From: Chloroflexota bacterium
GTDB taxonomy: Bacteria > Chloroflexota > Dehalococcoidia > UBA2979
Length of the DNA stretch: 58,511 nt
Assembly: GCA_009840945.1 (NCBI GenBank)
Contig: VXMU01000129.1
Span: forward strand, 1-58,511
Reading direction: 5' to 3'
The notes under the pieces were generated by a model, which saw nothing but the letters and a program-made list of their open reading frames with translations, was not told where the DNA came from and made no database searches. The position numbers were made by a program, and so were the translations under genes. This document shows positions 43,009 through 53,672 of this stretch, in pieces (the first letter of the stretch is position 1; the number at the start of each line of letters is the position of its first letter).

Positions 43009-44118
43009 CTATTCGCCCTCGACGAGGTCCGAGGTGTCCTCGCCGGCCTCGCGCAGCGCCTGCATGAGCGCGGCGCCCAGCGCGCCGACGCCGTCCTCGT
43101 CCTCCTCGGCGGGCGGCGCCTCGGCCGTCGCGACGCCACCGGCCGCGACCGGCTCGGCGACCGCGGCGGGCTCCGCCGGGCGGCGGGCGTCCCCGCGCGG
43201 GGCGGGGAAGCCGTGCTCGGCCAGCTTGTCGCGAAGCTCCTCGTAGGACTTCTCGCCGAAGTTGCGCAGCGCCAGCAACTCCTCCTCGGAGCGCTCGAGG
43301 ATCGCGCCGACCGTGGTCAGGCCGGAGCGCTTGAGGCAGTTGTAGGCGCGCACGGACAGCTCAAGCTCCTCGATCGGCGTCTCGTAGCCGTCGAAGGGGC
43401 GCGCGGCGGCCGCGGCGCGGTCGGGCTCCGGCTCGGCGTGGCCCAGCAGCTGCAGCGGCTGGAGCTGCCCGCGCAGGATGTCAGCGGCCGAGGAGATGGC
43501 CTGCTCGCCGCTGATCGTGCCGTCCGTCCAGACCTCGAGCTCCAGGCGGTCGAAGTTCGTGTCCTGGCCAACGCGCGTGTGCGAGACGTTGTAGTTCACG
43601 CGCCGCACGGGCGTGAAGAGCGCGTCGATCGGGATGACGCCGATCGGCAGGCCCTCGGCCATCGCCGCCGGCGTGTAGCCCCGCCCGGTCTCGACGTTGA
43701 GGTCGACGACGAGCGACGCCTCCGGGTTGTCGAGCGTGGCGAGGTGCAGGTCGGGATTGACGACCTCGTAGTCGGCGGTGGCGCGCACGTCGCCGGCGCG
43801 CACCTCGGTCTCGCCGCTGGCCTCCAGGAACAGCCGCGCGGGCCGGTCCGCGAAGGAGCGCAGGCGCATCTCCTTGAGGTTCAGCAGCAGCTCGGTCACG
43901 TCCTCCTGCATGTGGTCGATGGTCGAGAACTCGTGGTCGACACCCTCGATGCGGACGGACGTGATTGCCGCGCCGGGCAGGGACGACAGCAGCACGCGCC
44001 GGAGCGCGTTGCCGACGGTCGTGCCGAAGCCCGCTTCGAGCGGCTCCATCACGAGCTTCACGTAATCGGAGTCCTGGTCCTCGACCCGAAGCTCCGGGCT
44101 CTGTAGTTCAGCAGCCAA
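43009..44118 (-). CDS. rpoA: RNA polymerase alpha subunit
   Basis: EPLEAGFGTTVGNALRRVLLSS, IPIDALFTPV, IEELELSVRAYNCLKR. Confidence 0.98.
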   Translation of the reverse strand: MAAELQSPELRVEDQDSDYVKLVMEPLEAGFGTTVGNALRRVLLSSLPGAAITSVRIEGVDHEFSTIDHMQEDVTELLLNLKEMRLRSFADRPARLFLEASGETEVRAGDVRATADYEVVNPDLHLATLDNPEASLVVDLNVETGRGYTPAAMAEGLPIGVIPIDALFTPVRRVNYNVSHTRVGQDTNFDRLELEVWTDGTISGEQAISSAADILRGQLQPLQLLGHAEPEPDRAAAAARPFDGYETPIEELELSVRAYNCLKRSGLTTVGAILERSEEELLALRNFGEKSYEELRDKLAEHGFPAPRGDARRPAEPAAVAEPVAAGGVATAEAPPAEEDEDGVGALGAALMQALREAGEDTSDLVEGE

Positions 44119-44175
44119 TGAACACCTCGCTGCGTGGTCGTGGCGGCGCGCCGTCCGGCGAGGCCGCCTGCTTGG

Positions 44176-44784
44176 TCAGCGTGAGTAGTACTCGACGATG
44201 GCGCTGGGGTTGAAGTAGGGCTCGATGTCCCCGGTGCCGGGCGCACCCGACACACGTCCCTCCAGCGCCTCTCGGTCGACTTCGATCCAGCCGGGCACCT
44301 CGCGCCCCTGGATGTCCTCCTTGACGATGTCGATGTACTTGGAGCGCTTGCCCCGGTCGGAGAAACCGATACGGTCGCCGATCGAGGTGTCCGCGCTGGG
44401 TACATCGAGCTTCTTGCCGTTGACGGCGATGAGGCCGTGCGTCACCAGCTGGCGCGCCTGCGCCCGCGTACCGCCGAAGCCCATGCGGTACACGACGTTG
44501 TCCAGGCGCCGCTCCAGCGAGGCCATGAGGTTGTCGCCGGTCACGCCGGGGCGCGCGGCGGCGCGCTCGTAGTAGCGCCGGAACTGCTTCTCCATCAGGC
44601 CGTAGGCGAAGCGCACCTTCTGCTTCTCGATGAGCTGGAGGCCGCGGTCGGAGACCTTGCGGCGGCGGGCCGGGCGTGCGCCCGGCGGACCCTGCCGCCG
44701 CATGCGCAGCACGGCTGCGTTGGCGAAGATCGGGGCGCCGTAGCGCCGCGCCTTCTTGACCCGGGGTCCGGTGTATCGAGCCAT
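44176..44784 (-). CDS. rpsD: 30S ribosomal protein S4 (no Zn-binding cysteines)
   Basis: MARYTGP, EKQKVR, LERRLDNVVYR, ARQLVTHG, IVEYYSR. Confidence 0.97.
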   Translation of the reverse strand: MARYTGPRVKKARRYGAPIFANAAVLRMRRQGPPGARPARRRKVSDRGLQLIEKQKVRFAYGLMEKQFRRYYERAAARPGVTGDNLMASLERRLDNVVYRMGFGGTRAQARQLVTHGLIAVNGKKLDVPSADTSIGDRIGFSDRGKRSKYIDIVKEDIQGREVPGWIEVDREALEGRVSGAPGTGDIEPYFNPSAIVEYYSR

Positions 44785-44800
44785 GAGTCGCTGCCCCGCC

Positions 44801-45184
44801 CTACGTCCGCGGCCGGCGCCGCTGGCGGCAGCCGTTGTGCGGGATCGGCGTGGTGTCGCGGATCGAGGAGACCCGCAGGCCCGTGGCCTGCAGCGCGCGC
44901 ACGGCGGCCTCACGGCCAGCGCCCGGCCCGCGGACGTAGACCTCGATCTCGCGCATGCCGTTCTCGATCGCCTGTTGCGCGGCGCCCTCGGCCGCGAGCT
45001 GAGCCGCGTACGGCGTGCTCTTGCGCGAGCCGCGGAACCCCGCGGTGCCGCCCGAGCCCCACGCCACGACATTCCCGTTGGGGTCCGTCATGGTGATCAG
45101 CGTGTTGTTGAACGTCGAGCGGATGTAAGCCCGCCCCCGCGGGATCGATTTGCGTTCGCGTCGCCGTCCGCGCCGGCCTCCCAT
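44801..45184 (-). CDS. rpsK: 30S ribosomal protein S11
   Basis: [28 protein letters not shown]. Confidence 0.98.
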   Translation of the reverse strand: MGGRRGRRRERKSIPRGRAYIRSTFNNTLITMTDPNGNVVAWGSGGTAGFRGSRKSTPYAAQLAAEGAAQQAIENGMREIEVYVRGPGAGREAAVRALQATGLRVSSIRDTTPIPHNGCRQRRRPRT

Positions 45185-45199
45185 ATGTCGCGCGCTCCC

Positions 45200-45583
45200 T
45201 TACTTCTTGCGCGCCACGCGCCGCTTGCCGGCGACGGTGCGCTTCGAGCCTCGGCGCGTGCGCGCGTTGGTGCGCGTGCGCTGGCCCCGCACGGGGAGCC
45301 CGCGACGATGGCGGAAGCCCCGGTAGCAGTTGATCTCGATCAGCCGCTGGATGTTCTGCCGCACGTCGCGCCGCAGGTCACCCTCGACCGTGTAGTCACC
45401 CTCGACGACCGCGCGCAGGCGGACGAGCTCCTCCTCGGTGAGGGCGCCGACCATACTGTCGAGCGGGATGTTGGTCTGCTCCGCGATCTGCTTCGCGCGC
45501 GAACGGCCGATGCCGTACACGTACGGGAGCGAGAACTCCAGGCGCTTGTCGTTGGGGATGTCGACGCCGGCTACTCGTGCCAT
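45200..45583 (-). CDS. rpsM: 30S ribosomal protein S13
   Basis: [34 protein letters not shown]. Confidence 0.98.
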   Translation of the reverse strand: MARVAGVDIPNDKRLEFSLPYVYGIGRSRAKQIAEQTNIPLDSMVGALTEEELVRLRAVVEGDYTVEGDLRRDVRQNIQRLIEINCYRGFRHRRGLPVRGQRTRTNARTRRGSKRTVAGKRRVARKK

Positions 45584-45608
45584 CGTCCGTCCTCCTGCTT
45601 CCCTGGGC

Positions 45609-45722
45609 CTAGCCCTGGCGCTGCCGGTGGCGCGGGATCACGCAGATCACGCGCAGCCGGCCATGACGCCGGATGATCTGGCAGCGGTCGCACCGCTTCT
45701 TCACCGAGGCTCGTACCTTCAT
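45609..45722 (-). CDS. rpmJ: 50S ribosomal protein L36
   Basis: Translated by hand (below the ORF track cutoff): [37 protein letters not shown]. Confidence 0.97.
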   Translation of the reverse strand: MKVRASVKKRCDRCQIIRRHGRLRVICVIPRHRQRQG

Positions 45723-45744
45723 CACCTGCTCCGTCTGCCGCCCC

Positions 45745-45996
45745 CTAGCGGAAGCGGTACGTGATCCGTCCGCGGGTGAGGTCGTACGGGCTCAGCTCCA
45801 CCAGCACGCGGTCGCCCAGGAGGATGCGGATGTAGTGCACCTTCATCTTCCCCGACACGTGCGCCAGGACGTGGTGGCCGTTGGGCAGCTCCACGTCGAA
45901 CTGAGCGTTCGGGAGTGCGTCGCGCACGACGCCCTCAACCTCGATGACCTCTTTCTTCTTCTGCTGCTGGCGCTGCTTCTCCTTGCGTTGCGGCAT
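45745..45996 (-). CDS. infA: Translation initiation factor IF-1
   Basis: [37 protein letters not shown]. Confidence 0.97.
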   Translation of the reverse strand: MPQRKEKQRQQQKKKEVIEVEGVVRDALPNAQFDVELPNGHHVLAHVSGKMKVHYIRILLGDRVLVELSPYDLTRGRITYRFR

Positions 45997-46796
45997 CAGG
46001 CCTGCGCCTCCGCTCGCGAGGGCAGCTGCGCGAGGCTCGTCAGCACCTCGGGCGCACCCTGGGTGATCGCCACGGTCTCCTCGAAGTGGGCGCACAGGCT
46101 GCCGTCAGACATGCTCACCGTCCAGCGGTCCTCTTCCTCCACGGTACGCTCCCCGCCCAGCGCGAACATGGGCTCCAGCGCCAGCACCATCCCGGCCTTC
46201 AGCCGGTACCCCACGCCGGGGCGGCCGAAGTTCGCGACGTGCGGCGGCTGATGCATCTCGCGCCCCACGCCGTGTCCGCCGTACTCGCGGATGATGCCGT
46301 ACCCGGCCTGCTCTCCCACCGCGCCGATCGCGTGCGAGATGTCCCCCAGGTACTTCCCGTCCCGCGCCTGCTCGATACCCGCCAGGAGCGAGGCCTCCGT
46401 CAGCCGCAGCAGCTCCGTCACCTCCGGGGGCACATCGCCCACCGCCGCGGTGAACGCGGCGTCCGAGACGTAGCCGCCGTACGTCACGCCGAGGTCGATG
46501 CTGACGATGTCTCCCTCGGCCAGCGCGAGGTCTCCGGGGAGCCCATGCACCAGCTGCGCGTTCACGGAGTAGCAGATCGCGCCCGGGTAGGGCGGTCTGC
46601 CGCCCGGCGCGTACCCCATGAACGTCGGCGTGGCGTCGCGCTTCGCGATCTCCGCCTTCGCCAGCTCGTCCAGCTCCCGGCCCGTCACGCCCGGCGCGAT
46701 CGCGTCCAGCAGGATCCGGCGCACCTCGGCGTTGCGACGCCCGGCCTCGCGCATGATCGCGATCTCGTCTGACGACTTGAGTTCGACGGACGTCAA
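45996..46796 (-). CDS. map: Methionine aminopeptidase type I
   Basis: [34 protein letters not shown]. Confidence 0.96.
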   Translation of the reverse strand: MTSVELKSSDEIAIMREAGRRNAEVRRILLDAIAPGVTGRELDELAKAEIAKRDATPTFMGYAPGGRPPYPGAICYSVNAQLVHGLPGDLALAEGDIVSIDLGVTYGGYVSDAAFTAAVGDVPPEVTELLRLTEASLLAGIEQARDGKYLGDISHAIGAVGEQAGYGIIREYGGHGVGREMHQPPHVANFGRPGVGYRLKAGMVLALEPMFALGGERTVEEEDRWTVSMSDGSLCAHFEETVAITQGAPEVLTSLAQLPSRAEAQA

Positions 46797-46837
46797 TCTA
46801 TGTTACGCCTTCGCTTCGCACCCGGCACGCGGCCGGA

Positions 46838-47401
46838 CTAGCCTGCCAGCGCGGCCTCCAGCCGCGCGTTCACTTCCTCGACGCTGCCGACGCCGTCCAC
46901 GTCCTGCAGCTTGCCGCGGCTCGCGTAGAAGCTCGCGACGCCCTCGATGCCCTCGGACTGCTCGCGGAGGCGGCGCTGCGCCACCTCCGGCGTGTCGTCG
47001 GCGCGGCCCTCGATCTCGGCCCGCTTCGCGATGCGCTCCAGCAGCATCTCCTCCGGCACGCGGATGAACGGCACCGTGTCGATGTCCAGCGCGCGGCCGG
47101 TGAGCGCCGTCTCCAGCGCCTCCGCCTGCCCGACCGTGCGCGGGAAGCCGTCGAGGATGAACCCACCCTCGGCGTCCGGCTGGCCGATGCGCTCCAGCAG
47201 CATGTCGATCACGAGCTCGTCGGGGACGAGCTGGCCGGAGGTCATGTACTCGTTGGCCTGATTGCCCAGGTCCGTGCCCGCGGCCACGGCCTCGCGCAGC
47301 ATGTCGCCGGTGGAGAGGTGCAGGAGGTTGTGCTGCTCGGCGCAGATCTTGGCCTGCGTGCCCTTGCCGGCGCCGATCAGTCCGAGGATTACGAGTCGCA
47401 T
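46838..47401 (-). CDS. adk: Adenylate kinase (short, LID-less type)
   Basis: GAGKGTQA, HLSTGDMLR, LVPD, LDGFPRT, GRADD. Confidence 0.96.
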   Translation of the reverse strand: MRLVILGLIGAGKGTQAKICAEQHNLLHLSTGDMLREAVAAGTDLGNQANEYMTSGQLVPDELVIDMLLERIGQPDAEGGFILDGFPRTVGQAEALETALTGRALDIDTVPFIRVPEEMLLERIAKRAEIEGRADDTPEVAQRRLREQSEGIEGVASFYASRGKLQDVDGVGSVEEVNARLEAALAG

Positions 47402-48744
47402 CAGGCGATGAACCCTTCGTAGTTGCGCATCATCATCTGCGCTTCCAGTTGCCGCATCGTATCGATCACCACGCCCACCACGATCAGCAGGCCGGCGGCG
47501 CTGATCTGCAGCGCCTGCACGTTGGTCAGCATCGTGGCGAAGAAGGGCAGGATAGCGACGAACCCGAGGAAGATCGCGCCGCCCCACGTGATCCGGATCA
47601 GCACCCGGGAGATGTACTCCTGCGTCGGGCGTCCGGGCCGGATGCCGGGGATGAAGCCGCCCTGCCGCTGGAGGTTCTCCGCCAGGTTCTGCTGCTGGAA
47701 TACCACCATCGTGTAGAAGAACGCGAACAGCACGACCATCACGAAGACAAGCAGCCAGTAGATGAAGTTCGCAGGCGTGAGCGTGTCCTGCACGAACCGC
47801 GCCACGTTGGCGATCCATCCCACGTCCGCCGTCTCCGCCACGAACTGCGCGAACGCGGGCGGGAAGATCATGATCGAGAACGCGAAGATCAGCGGGATCA
47901 TACCCGCTGTGTTGACGCGCAGCGGGATATGCGTCTGCCCCTGCTGACGGTACATCCGTCCACCACGGATCGATTGCCTCGCGTACTGCACGGGGAGGCG
48001 GCGCTGCGCCTCCTGGAAGAGCACGATCAGCGCCACGACGGCGAGGGTGATCAGCGCCAGCAGCATGATCGCGCTCACCGTCGCGCCCGTGCCGGCGAGT
48101 CCGGCGCGGCCGACGATGCCCGGCAGCCCGGCGACGATGCCGCTGAAGATGATCAGCGAGATGCCGTTGCCGATGCCCTCTTCCGAGATCAGCTCGCCGA
48201 GCCACACGAGGAACATCGTCCCCGCCACCATCGAGATGACGGTCGCGAGGGTCGGGAGCGCCTGCTCGCCGGTCAGCGAGATGCCGCTCACGCCGCCGAA
48301 CTGCTGGATGAGCAGCAGCTGGGCGTAGCCCTGGAAGGCGGCGAGGGGCACGCACAGGTAGTGCGTGTACTGCTGGATCCGCTGCCGCCCGGACTCGCCC
48401 TCGCGCGACAGCGCCTGCAGCCGCGGGACCAGCGGCACGGCGAGCTGCATCACGATCGAGGCGGTGATGTACGGGTACACCCCGAGCGCGGCGACGGAGA
48501 GATTCTCCAGCGCGCCGCCGGAGAAGATGTTGAGGAAGCCGAGGATCGCGTTGTTGTCGAAGACGCTCTGCAGCACGTCCGAGTTGATCCCCGGCACGGG
48601 CACGTGCGCCACGAACCGGAAGATCAGCAGCATCGCCAGCGTGAACAGGATCTTCTGGCGGATGTCGGGCTGCTGGAACGCGTCGACGGCGGCCTGCAGC
48701 AGCCGGGGCCGCTGAGCGGGAGCGGTCTGCTGCTGCTGGGCCAC
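47401..48744 (-). CDS. secY: Preprotein translocase subunit SecY
   Basis: LGVYPYITASI, GIGNGISLII, IPLIFA, GGFIPGIRPG. Confidence 0.98.
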   Translation of the reverse strand: MAQQQQTAPAQRPRLLQAAVDAFQQPDIRQKILFTLAMLLIFRFVAHVPVPGINSDVLQSVFDNNAILGFLNIFSGGALENLSVAALGVYPYITASIVMQLAVPLVPRLQALSREGESGRQRIQQYTHYLCVPLAAFQGYAQLLLIQQFGGVSGISLTGEQALPTLATVISMVAGTMFLVWLGELISEEGIGNGISLIIFSGIVAGLPGIVGRAGLAGTGATVSAIMLLALITLAVVALIVLFQEAQRRLPVQYARQSIRGGRMYRQQGQTHIPLRVNTAGMIPLIFAFSIMIFPPAFAQFVAETADVGWIANVARFVQDTLTPANFIYWLLVFVMVVLFAFFYTMVVFQQQNLAENLQRQGGFIPGIRPGRPTQEYISRVLIRITWGGAIFLGFVAILPFFATMLTNVQALQISAAGLLIVVGVVIDTMRQLEAQMMMRNYEGFIA

Positions 48745-48748
48745 GGTG

Positions 48749-49246
48749 CTAGTTCTCCCCGCGCCGGTGGATGCGGTTGCGCACGCGGCGCACGGCCGGG
48801 GCCAGCTCCTCGAAGCTGCCGCCGGCGGCCGTGATCGCCTCCTTGGCCGAGGCCGAGAGGCGCGGTGCGCGCACCGTCAGCGCGTGCGTGAGCTCGCCGT
48901 CCCCCAGCACCTTGAACGGCTCCTCGGGGCCGTCGATGAGGCGGAGCGCGGCGAGCTACTCGCCGTCGACGACGTCGCCGGCGGCGAAGCGGTCCTGGAG
49001 GTCGCGCAGGTTCACGGCCTGGAACTCGGTGCGGAACGGGTTGCGGAAGCCGGGCTTGCGGCCGAGGCGGCGGATGAGCGGGATCTGCCCGCCCTCGAAG
49101 CCGGGGCGGACCTTGCCGCCGCTGCGCGCCTTCTGGCCCTTGAGGCCGCGGCCGGAGTAGGTGCCCTTGCCGGATGCGTTGCCGCGGCCGCGGCGCAGCC
49201 GGGGGCGCTTCGCGCCGGCGGGCGGCCGGAGCGTGTGCTGGTCCAC
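48749..49246 (-). CDS. rplO: 50S ribosomal protein L15 interrupted by an in-frame TAG (48956-48958)
   Basis: [24 protein letters not shown]...FEGGQ before the TAG; LAALRLI...FKVLGDGEL...[13 protein letters not shown] in the same frame after it. Confidence 0.93.
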
Positions 49247-49428
49247 TACTCCACCTCCTCGACGCTCACGAGGTGCTGCACCTTGTGCGCCATACCGCGG
49301 ATCGTGTCGTTGTCGTCATGCTCCACGCTGTGGTGGAGGCGCTTCAACCCGAGCGCCTTGATGGTGCGCTTCTGCCGCTCCTCGTAGCCGATGGCGGACT
49401 TCGTCCAGGTGATGCGCAGCTTCGCCAT
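49246..49428 (-). CDS. rpmD: 50S ribosomal protein L30
   Basis: [21 protein letters not shown]. Confidence 0.97.
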   Translation of the reverse strand: MAKLRITWTKSAIGYEERQKRTIKALGLKRLHHSVEHDDNDTIRGMAHKVQHLVSVEEVE

Positions 49429-49433
49429 CTGCT

Positions 49434-50006
49434 CTACTCCGCGCCCACCAGCGCGCGCCGGGCGGCCACCGCCTGCTCCGGGTCGCGCAGCGAGGCGAGA
49501 CCATCGATGGTCGCCCGCACCACGTTCACGGGGTTGTTGGAGCCGAGCGACTTCGTGAGCACGTCGGTCACGCCCGCGGCCTCCATGATCGCACGGACGG
49601 CGCCGCCGGCGATGATGCCCGCGCCGGGCGCGGCCGGGCGCATCACGACCCGCGAGGCCTTGAAGCGCGCCACCAGCTCGTGGGCGATGGTGCCCTCACG
49701 CATCGGCACCTGGATCATCGAGCGCCGCGCGATGACGCCGCCCTTGCGGATCGCCTCCGGCACCTCGTTGGCGCGGCCCATGCCGAAGCCGACGCGGCCC
49801 TCGCCGTCGCCGACGACGACGATGGCGGTGAAGGAGAAGCGACGCCCGCCCTTCACGACCTTCGCGACGCGGTTGATGTCCACGACCTTCTCGATGTACT
49901 CGGGGCCCTCAGGCTCGGCGTCGCGGCGGCGGTCGCCGCGCCGGCCCCGGCCGCCGCGATCACGGTCGCGGTCGCCGCGGTCGCGTCCTCCGCGCTGCTG
50001 CACCAT
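49434..50006 (-). CDS. rpsE: 30S ribosomal protein S5
   Basis: [29 protein letters not shown]. Confidence 0.98.
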   Translation of the reverse strand: MVQQRGGRDRGDRDRDRGGRGRRGDRRRDAEPEGPEYIEKVVDINRVAKVVKGGRRFSFTAIVVVGDGEGRVGFGMGRANEVPEAIRKGGVIARRSMIQVPMREGTIAHELVARFKASRVVMRPAAPGAGIIAGGAVRAIMEAAGVTDVLTKSLGSNNPVNVVRATIDGLASLRDPEQAVAARRALVGAE

Positions 50007-50374
50007 CAGAAGACCAGCCCTTCCTCGCGCGCTGCCTCTGCGAGTGCGCGCACACGGCCCTTGAAGGAGAAGCCGCCGCGGTCGAACACCACGGCCTCGT
50101 GCCCGGCCTCGCGGGCGCGCTGCGCCAGCACCGTCCCCACGGCGCGCGCACGGTCCGTCTTCGTCCCGCTGCCGTTCTCGCGCACCGACGGTTCGAGGTC
50201 GGACGCGGCGACGAGCGTGTGCCCGGCGCGGTCGTCGATGACCTGTGCGTAGATGTGCCGCGCGGAGCGGAAGACGGCCAGGCGCGGCCGCTGGACCGTC
50301 CCGGCCACGCGCTTGCGCAGCCGCCGGTGGCGGCGCTGGCGCGCGGAGCGGCGGGTGTTCTGGCTACTGCTCAT
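50006..50374 (-). CDS. rplR: 50S ribosomal protein L18
   Basis: [25 protein letters not shown]. Confidence 0.98.
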   Translation of the reverse strand: MSSSQNTRRSARQRRHRRLRKRVAGTVQRPRLAVFRSARHIYAQVIDDRAGHTLVAASDLEPSVRENGSGTKTDRARAVGTVLAQRAREAGHEAVVFDRGGFSFKGRVRALAEAAREEGLVF

Positions 50375-50386
50375 GTGCGCGCGCTC

Positions 50387-50920
50387 CTAGCCGCGCTTCC
50401 CGGCCTTGCGCCGGACCTGCTCGCCACGGTAGCGGATGCCCTTGCCCTGGTAAGGCTCCGGCGGGCGCACGCGACGCACCAGCGCCGCCTGCTGCCCCAC
50501 CCGCTGCTTGTCGATGCCGTGCACGTGCACGCGCGTGGGCGACTCCACCTCGAACGTCACGCCGTCCAGCGGCTGCAGCTCGACCTGGTGGGAGAAGCCG
50601 ACGTTCAGCACCAGGCTCTGCCCCCGCAGCTCCGCGCGGTAGCCGGTGCCGACGATCTCGAGGGACTTCGTGAAGCCCTCCGTCACGCCCTCCACCATGT
50701 TGGCGATGAGCGCGCGTGTCAGCCCGTGGAGCGCGCGGTGGTTCGGCGCGTCCGAGGGCCGCGTCACGACGACCTCGCCGTCGTCGAGCGCCACGCCGAT
50801 CTCCGGGTGGAGGTCCTGCGCGAGCTCGCCGCGCGGACCCTGCACGCGGCAGGTGCCGTCGTCCAGGCGCACCTGCACGCCGTCGGGGAGGGGTACCGGC
50901 TGCTTGCCTACGCGTGACAT
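50387..50920 (-). CDS. rplF: 50S ribosomal protein L6
   Basis: MSRVGKQP, GTGYRA, RPPEPYQGKGIRY. Confidence 0.98.
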   Translation of the reverse strand: MSRVGKQPVPLPDGVQVRLDDGTCRVQGPRGELAQDLHPEIGVALDDGEVVVTRPSDAPNHRALHGLTRALIANMVEGVTEGFTKSLEIVGTGYRAELRGQSLVLNVGFSHQVELQPLDGVTFEVESPTRVHVHGIDKQRVGQQAALVRRVRPPEPYQGKGIRYRGEQVRRKAGKRG

Positions 50921-50942
50921 GGTTGTATTGCCTGCCTCACCG

Positions 50943-51341
50943 CTACCAGACGTAGCACAGGACCTCGCCGCCGACCTTGCGGCGCCAGGCTTCCTGTCCC
51001 GTCATCACGCCCTGGGAGGTGCTCATCACGGCCACGCCGAGGCCCCCGTAGACCCGGGGGATCTCGCGGCGGTTCACGTAGACGCGCAGGCCGGGGCGCG
51101 AGACGCGCCGGATGCCGCCGATCGCGGCCTGCTGGTCAGAGAGATAGTTGAGGCGTAGCCGCAGGTAGCGGCGGCTGCCTTCCTGCTCCTCCGAGTAGCC
51201 GGCGATGAAGCCCTCGGACTGGAGCACGTCGGCAATCGCCTGCTTCAGCTTGGAGGCGGGTACGCGGACCGAGTCATGGCGTGCGCCCAGCGCGTTGCGG
51301 ATGCGCGTGCACATGTCGGCCAGTGGGTCGGACATGCTCAT
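50943..51341 (-). CDS. rpsH: 30S ribosomal protein S8
   Basis: DPLADMCTRIRNA, SRPGLRVY, STSQGV, GGEVLCYVW. Confidence 0.98.
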   Translation of the reverse strand: MSMSDPLADMCTRIRNALGARHDSVRVPASKLKQAIADVLQSEGFIAGYSEEQEGSRRYLRLRLNYLSDQQAAIGGIRRVSRPGLRVYVNRREIPRVYGGLGVAVMSTSQGVMTGQEAWRRKVGGEVLCYVW

Positions 51342-51381
51342 CGGCTCGTGCTCGTCTCCTCTCCGCCGTGCTTCGTGGCGC

Positions 51382-51585
51382 CTACCACGACGACTTCCGA
51401 ACGCCGGGCAGCTTGCCCTGGTTCGCCAGTGTCCGGAAACAGATCCGGCACATCTCGAAGCGTCGCATGTAGGCACGGGCCCGGCCGCACGGCCGGTCGC
51501 GCCACACCACGGGGCAGCGGTTCACCTTGCGGCTCGAGTACTTCGGCTTGCGGTTCGCGGCCGCAATCAGCGACTTGCGCGCCAT
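51382..51585 (-). CDS. rpsN: 30S ribosomal protein S14 type Z
   Basis: MARKSL, NRC...[21 protein letters not shown]. Confidence 0.97.
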   Translation of the reverse strand: MARKSLIAAANRKPKYSSRKVNRCPVVWRDRPCGRARAYMRRFEMCRICFRTLANQGKLPGVRKSSW

Positions 51586-51627
51586 CCGTCCATTCCTCCG
51601 TACCGCTGCATTCCGCCCGCCGGACGC

Positions 51628-52188
51628 CTACTGCGTCCGCGCGAACGGCATGCCCAGCAGCTCCAGGAGCCGCTTGCCTTCTTCGTCTGTCCGCGCCGAG
51701 GTGATCACGTTGATCTGGAGCCCCCGGACACGGTCGATGCTGTCGAACGTCACCTCCGGGAAGATCACCTGCTCGGTGACCCCCAGCGAGTAGTTGCCGC
51801 GCCCGTCGAACGAGTTCGGCGAGACGCCGCGGAAGTCGCGCACGCGCGGCAGCGCGATGTGCACCAGCCGCTCGAAGAACTCCCACATGCGGTCGCGGCG
51901 CAGCGTCAGCTTGAGGCCCACGGCGTTGCCCTCGCGCAGGCGGAAGTTGGAGATGGCCCGCTTGGCGCGCGTCACCACTGGCTTCTGCCCGGTGATCAGG
52001 CGCAGGTCCTGCGTCGCGCTGTCGATGGCGCGGCCGTTCTCGAGCGCCTCGCCGAGGCCGATGTTGACCCCGATCTTGCGCAGCGTGGGCGCCTCCATCG
52101 GGTTCGAGTAGCTGAACTCGCGCATGAGCGCCGCGTGGATCTCGTCCTCGTAGCGCTGTCGCAGCCGTGGCTTCGTCGCGGTCACCAT
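51628..52188 (-). CDS. rplE: 50S ribosomal protein L5
   Basis: ITGQKP, FRLREG, LPRVRDFRG, FDGRGNY. Confidence 0.98.
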   Translation of the reverse strand: MVTATKPRLRQRYEDEIHAALMREFSYSNPMEAPTLRKIGVNIGLGEALENGRAIDSATQDLRLITGQKPVVTRAKRAISNFRLREGNAVGLKLTLRRDRMWEFFERLVHIALPRVRDFRGVSPNSFDGRGNYSLGVTEQVIFPEVTFDSIDRVRGLQINVITSARTDEEGKRLLELLGMPFARTQ

Positions 52189-52204
52189 CAGTCGCTCACC
52201 ACCA

Positions 52205-52522
52205 CTAGTCGATCGCCACGCCGCAGCGCTTGCACACGCGCGTCTTGCCGCCGCTGTCCAGCGTGTCGAACGCCACGCGCGTCGCGAGGTCGCACGAGGG
52301 GCAGACCAGCATCACGTTGGAGAGATGCAGGGGCGCCTCGAGATCCAGGATCTCCGACGGCATCGTCGGGTTCTGGGAGCGGCGGTGCTTCTTCACCATG
52401 TTGATGCCGGTCACGATCACGCGGTTGTTCTTCGCCATCACCTGCCGCACGGAGCCGCGGCGGCCGCGGTCCTTGCCCGCGATCACCTCGACCGTGTCGT
52501 TGCGCTTCACCCGGGCCGCCAT
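52205..52522 (-). CDS. rplX: 50S ribosomal protein L24
   Basis: DTVEVIAGKDRG, GINMVKKH, EAPLHLSNV. Confidence 0.97.
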   Translation of the reverse strand: MAARVKRNDTVEVIAGKDRGRRGSVRQVMAKNNRVIVTGINMVKKHRRSQNPTMPSEILDLEAPLHLSNVMLVCPSCDLATRVAFDTLDSGGKTRVCKRCGVAID

Positions 52523-52893
52523 CACAGCACCTCCGGGGCGAGCGAGACGATGCGCATAAACTGGCGGTCGCGCAGCTCGCGCGCGACGGGGCCGGTGATG
52601 CGCGTGCCGCGCGGGTTGCCGTCGCGCGCGGCCAGCACCACCGCCGCGTTGTCGTCGAAGCGGATGGTCGAGCCGTCCGGGCGCTGCACGGGGTGCGCGG
52701 TCCGCACGACCACGGCGTGGACCACCTCGCCCTTGCGCACCGGGCTGTTGGGCTGCGCGTCCTTCACGGTCGCCACGATCAGGTCGCCGACGCGGGCGTA
52801 GCGGCGGCCGGAGCCGCCGAGCACGCGGATGCAGAGCAGCTCGCGCGCGCCGGAGTTGTCGGCAACGGTGAGGCGGCTCTCCTGCTGGATCAC
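52522..52893 (-). CDS. rplN: 50S ribosomal protein L14
   Basis: [29 protein letters not shown]. Confidence 0.98.
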   Translation of the reverse strand: MIQQESRLTVADNSGARELLCIRVLGGSGRRYARVGDLIVATVKDAQPNSPVRKGEVVHAVVVRTAHPVQRPDGSTIRFDDNAAVVLAARDGNPRGTRITGPVARELRDRQFMRIVSLAPEVL

Positions 52894-53405
52894 GACCCGG
52901 CCTCGCCTTCGTCGCCGCCATCGGCGGCTGCCTCGGCCTCAGTGGCCTCAGGCTGGGGGGCCTCGGACTGAGGGGCCTCGGGCTGCGGGGCTTCGGGCTC
53001 GGGCTCCGCGGTGGCGGCTCGCGCCTCCGCGTCGGCGCCGGCGCCGCCCACCTCGCCGGCCTCGGCGGCCGCGCGCGCGGCGGTGCGCTGCATCTCGTCG
53101 ACCAGCGCCTCGTCCAGGACCTCCGGGGCCACCTCGGCCACCTCGCGCTCGGTCATCACCTCGACGAGGCGCCAGCGCTTGGTCTTGCTGACCGGCCGCG
53201 ACTCCTCGATGGTCACGAGGTCGCCGACGGTGGCGAGGTTCTCCGGGTCGTGGACGGCGTAGCGCTTCGTCTGGCGGATCACCTTGCGGTAGAGCCGGTG
53301 TCGCGCGGCGCGCGAGACGGCGACGATCACCGTCTTGTCGTTCTTCGACGAGACGACGGTGCCGGTGCGCCGCTTGCGGTTGACCTGTCGTTCGGCCTGA
53401 ACCAC
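52890..53405 (-). CDS. rpsQ: 30S ribosomal protein S17 with an acidic C-terminal extension
   Basis: [36 protein letters not shown]. Confidence 0.97.
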   Translation of the reverse strand: MVQAERQVNRKRRTGTVVSSKNDKTVIVAVSRAARHRLYRKVIRQTKRYAVHDPENLATVGDLVTIEESRPVSKTKRWRLVEVMTEREVAEVAPEVLDEALVDEMQRTAARAAAEAGEVGGAGADAEARAATAEPEPEAPQPEAPQSEAPQPEATEAEAAADGGDEGEAGS

Positions 53406-53408
53406 CGC

Positions 53409-53672
53409 TTACTCCTCCTGCTCCGCGTCGTCGCCGGAGGCGGCGGCGGCTTCAACCATCTCGCCGTACGCGACGAGGAGCGCCCGCTGGTGCAGCAGCG
53501 TCTTGATGCGCGCCACCCGCCGCCTGGTGCTGCGCACCTGCGAGACGTCCGCCAGCTGACGCGTGGCGGCCTGGAAGCGCAGGTTGAAGAGCGCCCGCTG
53601 CGTCTCCTCCAGCTCGTTGCGGAGGTCCGCCTCGGACATGGCGCGCAGGTCGGCGACGTCTTGCGCGGGCAT
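53409..53672 (-). CDS. rpmC: 50S ribosomal protein L29
   Basis: LFNLRFQAAT, RRRVARIKT. Confidence 0.96.
   Translation of the reverse strand: MPAQDVADLRAMSEADLRNELEETQRALFNLRFQAATRQLADVSQVRSTRRRVARIKTLLHQRALLVAYGEMVEAAAASGDDAEQEE

Noticed and set aside
48956-48958. Genome-wide TAG reassignment
   Set aside because: TAG terminates many conserved genes at their normal ends here (groES, rpsI, rpmJ, rpsH, rpsN, rpsJ).
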